From contig NC_086103.1 of the NCBI RefSeq assembly GCF_963921235.1, positions 106,888,001 to 106,952,000 on the forward strand: a stretch of 64,000 nt of DNA. The letters are read 5' to 3'. Below the pieces are notes generated by a model that saw only the letters and a program-made list of their open reading frames with translations, did not search any database and had not been told where the DNA came from. Shown here piece by piece: positions 1 to 10,710 of this stretch (position 1 is its first letter; every line of letters starts with the position of its first letter). Made by a program: the position numbers and the translations under genes. Origin of the DNA: Mobula hypostoma. Taxonomy: Eukaryota.

Positions 1-440
1 AGATTAAATTTCAAGGATGAGTGAGAAATGGATAAGGTGTGAAAAAGCCACTCTCATCAGAATATTTCTTAAATGACCAGGAAATCAGTAACAGGATCCG
101 AGGAAGATTAACTAACTCAATTTTAAACTACTACGTTTCAGATATTGCCAATTAAAGGGCTTTGAGCTCATGAAGATGTCCTTGGCCAAGTGATCAGGTT
201 TGGCATCAAATGTACTGTATATTAATTTGATACATGTGTTTATAATTTCCAGCTCCAGTGCTGTAATTTTGCCTGCTCTTTTGTGTCATATCACTCAATG
301 AGTGTCTAATGTCGATTAGAGGTTAGAGGGTAGGAGTAGACATCTGGAAAATTCAGAACACAAATCCTAATATGATCAGTTAGTGTTTATAAATCACTTA
401 ATTTTATAGTGATAAATGGAACCAAATGACTATTGATTAT

Positions 441-578
441 GCAAACACGAGGAAATCTGCAGATGCTGGAAATTCAGGCAACACACGCAAAATGCTGACG
501 AAGGGTCTTGGCACAAAACATCGACTGTACCTCTTCCTATAGATGCTGCCTGGCCTGTTGCATTCCACCAGCATTTTC
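441..578. mobile_element. Penelope-like element terminus with partly inverted structure and a degenerate hammerhead motif
   Basis: Shares sequence with 9481-9578, 13211-13345, 24908-25090 and 49686-50265. Flanked by tgactattgattat (427-440) and tgactattgaatat (579-592), a probable TSD with 1 mismatch. Contains ctgacgaagggtcttggcacaaaacatc. Confidence 0.75.
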
Positions 579-1474
579 TGACTATTGAATATCATTTTTT
601 TTATTGTCAAAGTGCACTTACGTATTCACGTTGGTAATGCTAAAGTAGCTGCCTATGCCTTTAAGAGAAAACAGTGATGTCATTTTGCGTGGATGGAGTA
701 GAACGAAGAGTTGCCATGTTCTAGAAAGGATGACATTCGAATGCTTTTCCCAGTTTGGTGAGGAAAGATTTTTGCAAGTAAATTGATCAGCACTGGATAG
801 TGTGATTGCGAAGTTCCTTAATCGACCGTCTAGCGTGAATGAGGAGTATTCATTTCAAGGTGGAACCTATATGAGTTTGGAAGTTAAGCACATGCGTGCC
901 AAAGTGAATATATTTCTTAGTTAAGATGTGATGTATTCATATTTTCGATGTTATGTATAAGGTACAGGGTCGATGAGATTCTAACATTGTTTGGATTTTT
1001 TTTAGAATTGCCACTACTGTATTGGTTTTGTATATTTTGTTTTAGTTATTTTCATACTGCATACGTAACAAGTGTATAGTCTGAAGTTAAACTGAGATTG
1101 TAATTGGGAACTGTTTTTAAATTTATTTTGTTGTTTTTATTTTGATACCTTCTTTCGGCAATAAAACATCTAAAACAGATAAAGGAATTTAAGACCCGAA
1201 AAAGTATTTGTTGTCCTGCGTGTGTATTTTTCCCCAGGCTACAAAATATAAGTAAGGCCCAAACTTTGTGGCACTTTTTCCAAGAGTTATTGTCATCACT
1301 TACCAATTAAATATTTGTGTTCATTGGCCACATTTCATAAACTCAGAATGCATTTGACCTCGAGAAGAATTTTTGGTTACTGGTGTGAAATCGAAATAGA
1401 GCAGCCAATTTCTGTCAAAAAGCTTTCACAAGGATCAATAAAATGACATCTAGATAATCTGGGTATTAGGTGAT

Positions 1475-1701
1475 TGTGGAAAACCATATATATGTTGTAA
1501 CTGGGTTAACTGTCTGGACACGCCCCTCTGTTGACTTCCCCTGTGGCTCCTCCCACAGATCCTGTATAAAGGTGTTGCACCTTGCCCCTCCCCCTCAGTC
1601 TAGGGGCAGACACTCACCATGGAGGTCGTATTGTACAGTGAATAAAAGCCTTTCAATATTTTACCGAACCTCAGTCTTTTGGAGTTATTGAAGGTGCTTC
1701 A
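1475..1701 (+). repeat. 5' LTR of the Gypsy element
   Basis: Direct repeat of 4919-5123; TATA-like tataaa near 1565; AATAAA at 1641-1646. Confidence 0.95.
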
Positions 1702-1727
1702 ATTTTGTTCGCTGTACATTTTAAAGC

Positions 1728-2505
1728 ATGGAACATGCACTGAGACCCGACAAGTTAGATCTCAATCTGCAAACGCCTGAAGCTGGAAACGCTTTTGAAC
1801 TCTGGCTGGCCTGCTTTGAAACGTACCTAGAGGAGATTAAAGCGACCGACCCCTTAGCAAAGCGCAGAGTCCTACTCTCCAGGGTCAGTCCACGGGTCTA
1901 TTCGCTGATCAGAGACCAGCCGAGCTATGTCGGCGTGATGAGCACCCTCAAAGGCCAATACCTGCGGCCAATAAACAGCGTCTATGCTCGGCACCGCTTA
2001 GCGACAAGGCAACAACGGCCTGGGGAATCAAGTGCTGAGTTCATCCAGGCCCTATGGACGCTCGTGCGAGCCTGCAATTGCCAGGAGCTGATGGCGGCGC
2101 AGCATGCAGAGCTCCTAGTGAGAGACGCCTTCGTCAGGGGGACCAGGTCAGTGTATGTGTGCCGGCGGCTGTTGGGAAAAGCCGATTTTACCTTAAGTTC
2201 GGTGATCGAGCTGGCCAATATGCTGGAGGCCGCTCTGCATAACTCCAAGGCTCTCCAGGCACGCGATCCCCCGATGGCCTCGTGGGCGGCACAGACCCCG
2301 CAACCCGCTGGCGAATCGACCTCGGATGCTGCCAGTCACGAGTCCCCACAACCCGCCAGCGAATTGACCTCGGCTGCCGCCAGTCGCGAGTCTGCGAAGT
2401 GCTACTTCTGCAGACTGGAGAAGCACCTCCAGAAACGCTGCGTGGCCTGAAAAGCTACCTGCTCCAGCTGCGGAAAGAAGGGCCACTTCACGAAGGTCTG
2501 TAAGT
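1728..2505 (+). pseudogene. gag: Gypsy gag (capsid-like region plus Cys/His zinc knuckles), premature stop at 2448-2450
   Basis: ORF 1728-2450 with RHRLATRQQRPGES and RDAFVRG motifs. CYFC...H...C is followed past the stop by CSSCGKKGHFTKVC. Confidence 0.9.
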
Positions 2506-2713
2506 CCAAACTGCGAGCAGGATCGAGCAGTGCCGCGTGCGAAACATGGGGATCGCCATCTTGCCTGCCGCCATCTTCCCTGCACACTGCCACCACGTGC
2601 GAGACATGGGGGTCACCATCTTCCCTGCACGCAGCCACCACGTGCGAGACATGAGGGCGGCCATCTTGGACAGCGCCCCTTCCCACCACCTATGACCAAC
2701 GGGTGCCCCCACC

Positions 2714-4845
2714 GTGCCAGACCAAGACAGCGACTCAACCCTGGCCTCCGTGACCCTCGACCAAAGCGCTCCCCACCAGCTCGCAAGGTCAATGATGGAC
2801 ATCCTGGTGGAGGGGCGCAGGACAAGCTGCCTGTTTGACACAGGCAGCACGAAGAGTTTTATCCACCCGGACACGGTGAAGCATTGCAGACTCGCAATAC
2901 GGCCAGTAAGTCAGAGGGTCACCATGGCTTCCGGGTCGCATACAACAGACATCCGGGGGGTCGGGGGGTTGTGTAGCGACACTAGTGGTGCAGGGCACAG
3001 AATATCGAGACTTTACGTTACTGGTCATGTCTCAACTGTGTGCCCCTGTGCTGTTGGGGTTGGACTTCCAGAGCCACCTGAAAAGCGTGACAATGAAGTA
3101 TGATGGGCCCCTCCCGCCAATTACTGTCATAAATCCCCTGTTTTGTAGAGATATGTCACGTACCCCGCTACTGACCACCCACACACACCGACCCGCACAT
3201 CCTACCCAACACCATGCCAACTGCCACACTACCGACACCACTTGCGGCCTCTCCACCCTCAAGATCCCTCCCCCACCGCTGTTCACCAACCTGACCCCCG
3301 ACTGTAAACCTGTGACAACTAAAAGCAGGAGGTACAGCGCGGGGGACAGAGCTTTCATTAAGTCGGAGGTGCAGCGAATGCTCAGGGAGGGGGTCATTGA
3401 GGCAAGCACAAGTCCTTGGAGGGCGCAGGTGGTGGTTGTTCAGAACAGGGAGAAGAATAGGATGGCCGTGGACTATAGCCAGACCATCAATAGGTTCACA
3501 CAGCTCGACGCGTACCCTCTACCCCGCATCACGGATATGGTCAATCAGATAGCACAGTACAAGGTGTACTCGACCATAGACCTAAAATTCACTTACCATC
3601 AGCTCCCCATCTGCCGGGAGGACCGCCCTTACACCGCCTTCGAGGTGGACGGCAGGCTTTATCAATTCCTGCGTCGGTGTCACGAATGGTGTATCTGTCT
3701 TCCAGAGGGCAATGGACCGGATGGTGGACCAGTGCCAACTGAAGGCCACGTTCCCATATTCGGATAACATCACAATCTGTGGTCACAACCAGCAGGATCA
3801 TGACAACAACCTCCAAAAATTTCTCCAAGCGGCCAAATCTTTCAATCTCACCTATAACAAGGACAAGTGTGTATTTGGGACCACCTGACTTGCTATGCTT
3901 GGGTGTGTCGTGGAGAATGGAGTCATTGGCCCTGATCCCGACCGTATGCGACCCCTGTTGGAACTCCCTCTTCCCAACACCCTCAGAGCCCTCAATAGGT
4001 ACCTGGGCTTCTTTTCATATTACACCCAAAGGGTCTCTAACTACGCAGACAAGACCTGCCCCCTGGTCAAGTCCACCACATTCCCCCTCTCAGCTGAGGC
4101 CCACGTGGCTTTCAGCCGCATAAAAGGGGACATTGCCAAAGCAGCAATGCATGCGGTGGATGAGGCCATTCCCTTCCAAGTAGAGAGTGACGCCTCCGAC
4201 TTTGCGCTGGCTGCTACCCTCAACCAAGCGGGAAGACCAGTGGCGTTCTTCTCCCGTACTCTTCAAGGCCCTGAACTTCGGCACTCCGCAGTGGAGAAAG
4301 AGGCCCGGGCCATAGTGGAAGCTATAAGACACTGGAGACACTATCTTGCCGGCAAAAGGTTCACCCTGCTGACTGACCAGCGCTCAGTCGCATTCATGTT
4401 TAATAATCAGCAGCGGGACAAAATCAAAAATGATAAAATTCTGAGGTGGAGAATCGAACTCTCCACCTACAACTATGACATTATGTACAGGCCTGGGAAG
4501 CTCAACGAGCCCTCCGATGCCCTATCCTAGGGAACGTGCGCCAGCGCGCAGATTGACCAGCTATACGCCCTACATGTAGACCTTTGCCACCCGGGAGTCG
4601 CCCGGCTTTTCCACTTCTTGAAAGCCAGGAACCTGCCTTGGTCCCTTGAGAAGATCAGGACGATGACCAGGGATTGTCAAGTCTGCGCAGACTGCAAACC
4701 GTACTTTTACCAACCCAAAAAGGCACAACTCATCAAGGCCACCTGCCCCTTTGAGTGACTGAGTGTTGACTTTAAGGGCCCCCTTCCCTCCACCGGTGCT
4801 ACGTAGATCACAGCGACGGACTTGACCGCCTGATAGACTTGACCT
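2714..4845 (+). pseudogene. pol: Gypsy pol (protease, RT, RNase H, truncated integrase) with frameshifts and stops
   Basis: Protease LFDTGS; RT SPWRAQVVVV, DAYPLP, YSTIDLK and a YSDN catalytic box; RNase H VESDASDFALAATLNQAGRPVAFFSR and FTLLTDQ; integrase HHCC remnant then DFKGPLPST joined directly to the C-terminal PPDRLDL. Confidence 0.92.
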
Positions 4846-4918
4846 GTAAATGTACTTGTTTTAAATATTGTCAGTCACTTCACCTCACAGGACTCTTTTT
4901 AAAAAAAGGAGGGGTGAA

Positions 4919-5123
4919 TGTGGTAAACCATATATATGTTGTAACTGGGTTACCTGTCTGGACACGCCCCTCTGCTGACTGCCCCTGTGGCTCCTCCCAC
5001 AGATCCTGTATAAAGGTGTTCGCCCTGCTCCTCCCCCTCAGTCCGGGGGCAGACACTCACCATGGAGGTCCTATTTCAGTATTTAACCAACATCAGTCTT
5101 TTGGAGTTATTGAAGGTGCTTCA
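4919..5123 (+). repeat. 3' LTR of the Gypsy element (lacks the ~20-bp segment carrying AATAAA)
   Basis: Aligns to 1475-1701 except for the missing tgtacagtgaataaaagcc. Confidence 0.95.
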
Positions 5124-5195
5124 GTGATATAACTCTTTTATTTCAGAATCAGAAAGGTCTTGCCAAAGTACAAGAGGAGCACAATATTTTGGCTG

Positions 5196-5403
5196 ATATC
5201 TTCAAGACATCTTCAAGGAGCGGAGCCTCAGAAAAGCGATTTCCATTATCAAGGACCACCCCCCCCACCCAGGACATGCCCTGTTTTAATATACTTACTG
5301 TAATTCAGTTTTTTTTCCCTATATTGTCATATGCTGCATTATACAGCTGCTGCAAAGTTAACAAACTTCAGGACATATGCCAGTGATATTAAAGTTGATT
5401 CTG
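5196..5403 (+). mobile_element. Rex/Babar-type LINE 3' fragment
   Basis: Matches 16180-16566 (gacatcttcaaggag..cacccaggacatgccc; gtgatattaaa..gattctg tail). Confidence 0.7.
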
Positions 5404-7285
5404 GTAAAATACAGAGGGAGTGTTCCATTGTCTAGTTGGCTGTCTTTCATAGGAGACATTAAATTGAGGTCCCACCTGCTCCCTCAGGTGGATATGACAA
5501 TGACAAAGCCGACAAAGCCTGACTTCAAAGTAATGTACACAAGATGTTGGACCAACTCAGCAAGCTGGACACATCCATGGAAAAGAGTAAACAGACAACA
5601 CTACAGACTGAGACTTAAAGGTCTTTTCAATGGAAGATGCTGGAAATATATTGTCAATTTCATGGATGGTCTTATATTGGCTTATGAAGCGAGAGCATTT
5701 AGAGACAAAGTGATACCCTCAATAGATGTGATTATATCAAACAAAGAAGCATTTTCTTGGATCAATCCTCAAGTAGAAACACACGGCATAGTTCTTTCTT
5801 TCCATGAGTATTTTAGGTGCTGACAAGCCTCCAAAGAAGAGAAGATGTGATCTTGAATTTCAGTACCAATTTAGCATCCTTTTAATCCAGGATGTCAACT
5901 TGGTAAAGATGCACCAGTGCTAACCACCGTTAGTAATGTTAAGGTTCCAGATGACAACCAAATTGCCTCCTAATTCTCATTTAAAGAGGCTGCAAATGAT
6001 TTTGACACTTAACGTTTCAATTAATGACTATTTAAAATGACCACAAGAACAGCAATAAATAAGCCAGTGTTGAGGATTTTGAAACACGATCAGCTTTCAA
6101 TGCACTCAATATTCAAAGAGAGCTTTTGAGACATTCTGGGCCACTTTCCTAATCTATTTCAACACCGTTTCAATTGAAACTCTATGTATTTTCTAAAGAA
6201 TTTTATTCAAATGTAGTGACTGCAGTATTACTCCACATCATTGAGAATCTCATGGGAATTAATGGGGGTGGGGGGAGTGGAATGCTTGGCCCTTAAGGTC
6301 TCACTATTTCTCGGAATGGTGAGAAACAAGGATATGAAACCAGGAAAACCGACATCAGAGAGGAAAAGGAGGATAGAAGGGGCTTCAGAATATGAGTGGG
6401 TTGCTGAATTGCTGAATCCTGAGCGTGATCTCTGTGGAATTTGTTGCCACAGAAACCGTAGAGGCTTCTTGTTGCTGGATGCTGCATGGACAGCTTCTTG
6501 ATCAGTTAAAGTGTTAAAGGTTGTGGGAGAAGATACGAGAATCAGATTGGAAAAAAGTCAGGCATGATTGAATGGCAGAGAAATCAATGAGTTGAATGGT
6601 CTAATCTGGTGCTTATAACTTATGGTCTTACAATCATATAATCCTATCTGATGATCAGCAGAGATCAACCAATGTCAACACCTGTCTCTGAACTTCAAGC
6701 TCAGAAGTAGTGAAGTCAAAGGAAGATGAAGAATGGTTGGAGACAGACAGGAGATTTGCACACAAATGGCCTCCAAGTGAAAAGAAGATCCTCAATTTTG
6801 AAACAGGTTTTTACCCCTACAGCTTCTCCACCATAAAATCCAAAGCACTGATGTTATGCAATAAACTTCCTGTGATTATGGTTTGTGAGAAAGTCTATCA
6901 TCTACTCTCATGCCTTTTCCCAGAATGATTATCATATATCAATCCTGTCACTAATATTTAATAAGAGATCTTCACCCCACACATTGAGCATTTTCAGTAG
7001 ATTTTATTTTAATTTTAGATTCCCAGCGTCTGTAGAATTTTATTTTGGTATCAGGTTTCATGCTCCGCCCTCTCATTAAACGATGGAGTTTTCCACTCTC
7101 CTCCCTATTACCAATAGCACTGTTTTCTCCAAGGAAACTGATCTTCTGCAATTGTCATTCACCTTTTCTCACTTCCTTTACCCTCCAGTTTTACCTCCTC
7201 TGTTATACAGCAAAAAGGAGAGTAGTGATGTAACTTGCATTTGTAGCTGTGTGTGTGTCTGTGTGTGTACGTGCATAAATCAGTG

Positions 7286-7967
7286 AGATTGTGAGGACAC
7301 TCAGTCCTCGTTTATTGTCATTTAGAAATGCATACATGCATTAAGAAATAATACAATGTTCCTCCAGAATGATATCACAGAAAAACAGGACAAACCAAAG
7401 ACTAAAACTGACAGAACCATATAATTATAACATATAGTTACAGCAGTGCAAAGCAATACCATAATTTGATGAAGAGCAGACAATGGGCACGGTAAAAAAA
7501 AGTCTCAAGTCCCGATCGACTCCCAAGTCCCCGATAGCAGGCGGCAAAAGGGAGAAACTCCCTGCCATAAACTTCCAAGCACCGACAACTGCCGATGCAT
7601 TGGAAGCAGCCAACCACAGCCGACACCGAGTCTGTCCATCCGAAAACTTTGAGCTTCCGACCAGCCCCTCCGATACCGCCTCCCAAGCGCCATCCTCTTG
7701 CTGAGCTCCTTTGACTTTGCCCCAGCCGCTGAAACAAGTAAAGCGGAGGATCCAGGGCCTTCAGCTCTGGAGATTCCAGACCACACAGTAACAGCAGCAG
7801 CAAAGCGGGCATTTCAGAAGTTTCTCCAGATGTTCCTCCATACTCTCACATCTGTCTCCATCAAATCAGAATTGTGCACAGTACCCTACTTGACAGATTA
7901 TAGATATCATTCACCAGAGAGGCCGCGCGTGCTAGGTCGCATCGCCATCTTCTCATCTTCTCCTCCT
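7286..7967 (-). mobile_element. Non-autonomous ~0.65-kb retroposon, family A copy 1
   Basis: Homologous end to end with 36385-37060 and 54891-55523. On the minus strand it starts near aagatggcg and ends gacaataaa..tcctca(t/c)aatct. Confidence 0.85.
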
Positions 7968-8044
7968 CTTTCTCTTAGGGGGAGAAAGAGAAAATTACCT
8001 TTCACATATTGAGGTATATCTGAGGGATGAGCAATTGAAGAAAC

Positions 8045-8520
8045 TATAGAAGGAGTGCAGAGGAGATTTATAAGGATGTTGCCTGGATTGGGGAGCATGC
8101 CTTATGAGAATAGCTTGAGTGAACTCGGCCTCTTCTTGGAGCGATGGATGATTGAGAGGTGACCTGATAGAGGTGTATAAGATGATGAGAGGCATTGATT
8201 GTGTGGATAGTCAGAGGTTTTTTCCTAGGGCTGAAATGGCTAACACAAGAGGGCACAGTTTTAAGGTGCTTGGAAGCAGGTACAGAGGAGATGTCAGGAG
8301 CAAGTTTTTTACACAGAGAGTGGTGAGTCCATGGAATGGGCTGCCGGCAACGGTGGTGGAGGCAGATACGATAGGGTCTTTTAAGAGACTCCTGGATAAG
8401 TACATGGAGCTTAGGAAAATAGAGGGCTATGGGTAACCCTAGGTAATTTCTAAAAGAAGTACATGTTCGGCACGGCATTGTGGGCCAAAGGGCCTGTATT
8501 GTGCTGTGGGTTTTCTATGT
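8045..8520 (+). mobile_element. CR1 LINE 3' fragment
   Basis: MRGDLIEVYKMMRG..TRGHSFK..FFTQRVV..WNGLP; tttctatg tail. Confidence 0.95.
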
Positions 8521-9480
8521 AATCAGATGGTGAAACTAGTGTATTGAAGGTAAATTGCTGAGAGTACTGATGTATTTAATGAGAAGTAGAAATTTGTCTT
8601 TGATAACTTATGCTGAAGGGCATCACAGCACAAGCGGTCCCAAGTTCTTCTGTCCTGATGCAAAGTTACCTTATCCTCACAAGTGTTAAACATTAACAAG
8701 GGAAGACGGTGAGCAGTACAATAGTGTTTATTTATTGAAAGTGGAATTGCCTTCTCTCTGAATGCATGAGAGGCTTTGACCATTGGTGTCAAGTCCTGCC
8801 TTACCCCACCAGCCGGCACTCTATTCCACTTCATGTCTCCTTACATTGATCCAGCAGGTTACAGCATCCCAGTGGAATCTCCTGGCCTTGTCCTGGTAGA
8901 TAACCTCTCCTGCAAATGCTCCAGGCAAGGCTAGCCTGAAAAAACATGTGGACATTTGTCCAAGAACAGGAATACTACTAAGTTGATTTCAACCCTATAT
9001 TATCTACAAGCGTAAATACCTTTCCATTTAGCATATCAATCCCAGCATGGGCAAACGATAGCAACAGACGGTCACTATGTCAGGATTCTAAATGTAGAAC
9101 GGTACATGGGCATCTGCTTCTTAAACTTTTGCCACCACTGACCAAGATGTCCTGTACAATGTTCTGCATCCAGCTTCTCACTGATTGGCTAAATACAATA
9201 GGAGCCAAGTGAATGGTATTTTTTTTTAATGGGAGGGCCAAAACCAATCTTTCCTCTAATAATAGAGCCCCAATGAGGATGAACGTTTAAACTCAACAAT
9301 CTAAAGGCAGTAAAGGCCAGGCAGCCATCCGGAGAGGATCACAGATGTCCAAGCCCAAAAACAAGGCACTTACAATGTAGTTGTATTTTGAGTTGAAACT
9401 AGAAGCAGAAATACTTGTCCTGATGTTAACGGGAGGAAGCATCATAGTACAGCCAAGAGAAGCGAACTGACCCAATCTGT

Positions 9481-9578
9481 CAACATACATCAAAGTTGCT
9501 GGTGAACGCAGCAGGCCAAGCAGCATCTATAGGAAGAGGCGCAGTCGACGTTTCAGGCCGAGACCCTTCGTCAGGACT
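9481..9578 (-). mobile_element. 98-bp Penelope-terminus insertion
   Basis: TSD aatctgt (9474-9480, 9579-9585); homologous to the 3' terminus of the Penelope fragment at 49686-50265. Confidence 0.85.
9543..9578 (-). ncRNA. Minimal type I hammerhead ribozyme motif
   Basis: Minus strand reads AGUC-CUGACGA-A-GGGU(CUCG)GCCU-GAAAC-GUC-GACU. Core boxes are intact, stem I is AGUC/GACU and stem III is the palindrome ACGU. Confidence 0.8.
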
Positions 9579-9732
9579 AATCTGTGCTCTGGAGAGTTAT
9601 ATTGTCAAACATTGGCAAGTAGAAAGTTCAACATAATTGATAGTCATCTAGTCTTGGGGCTGAGAGACAGAGGAAGGTTCTCTCAATGGCAGTTGGCATC
9701 CTTCAGATACAGAAAAAGCCAGTCACGATCAG

Positions 9733-10710
9733 AAGACCATAAGACATCGGAGCAGAATTAGACCATCTGGCCCATCAAGTCTGCTCCGCCATTCAATCAT
9801 GGCTGATCCTTTTTCTCTATCATCTCCTCAACACCAGTACCCGGCCTTCTCCCTGTAACCTTTGATGCCATGTCCAATCAAGAACCTATCAATCTCTGCC
9901 CTAAATATACCCAACAACCTGGCCTCCACAGCTGCATGTGGCAACAAATTCCACAAATTCACCACCCTCTGGCTAAAGAAATTTCTCTGCATCTGTTTTG
10001 AAAAGGCACCTCTCTTCCTGAGGCTGTACCCTCTTGTCCTAGACTCTGCCACCATGGAAAACATCCTTTCCACATCTACTCTGGCTAGGCCTTTCAACAT
10101 TTGAAAGGTTTCAATGAGATCCCCCCTCATCCTTCTGAATTCCAGCGAGTACAGACCCAGATACATCAAATGTTCCTCATAGGATAACCCTCTCATTCCT
10201 GGAATCATCCTTGTGAACCTCCTCTGGACCCTCTCCAATGCTAGCATATCTTTTCTAAGACAAGGGGCTCAAAACTGTTCACAATACTCAAGGTGAGGCC
10301 TCACCAGTGCCTAATAAAGCTTCAGCATCACATCCTTGCTCTTGTATTCTAGACCTCTTGAAATGAATGCTAACATTGCATTTGCCTTCCTCACCACTGA
10401 CTCAACTTGCAAGTTAACCTTCAGGATATTCTGCACAAGGACTCCCAAGTCCCTCTGCATCTCAGATTCCTGGATTTTCTCCTTGTTTAGAAAATAGTCT
10501 GCACAATTATTTCTACTACCAAAGTGCATGACCATACATTTTCCAACACTGTATTTCATTTGCCACTTTCTTACCCATTCTCCTAATCTGTCTAATTCCT
10601 TCTGCATCCTACCGATTTCCTCAGCTCTACCTGCCCCTCCACCAATCTTTGTATCATCTGCAAACTTGGCAACAAAGCCATCTATTCCATCATCTAAATC
10701 AATGATATAT
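9733..10710 (-). mobile_element. CR1 LINE 3' ~1 kb (RT C-terminal half)
   Basis: KFADDTKIGG, RDLGVLV, LERVQRRFTRMIPG; (tatggtct)n tail. Confidence 0.95.

Larger units (their letters stand above)
1475..5123 (+). mobile_element. Ty3/Gypsy LTR retrotransposon, decayed, integrase core deleted
   Basis: TG...CA LTRs at 1475-1701 and 4919-5123; 5-bp TSD gtgat (1470-1474, 5124-5128); PPT aaaaaaaggaggggtgaa (4901-4918); domain order gag-PR-RT-RH-IN. Confidence 0.97.

Noticed and set aside
605-1395. Possible old solo LTR
   Set aside because: LTR-like composition, but I could not fix termini or a TSD.
1982-4341. Minus-strand ORFs over the Gypsy coding region
   Set aside because: Antisense shadows of GC-rich gag-pol.
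5377-5823. 148-aa ORF
   Set aside because: Spans a LINE tail, a Deu-SINE-like scrap and a decayed Penelope terminus; no recognisable protein.
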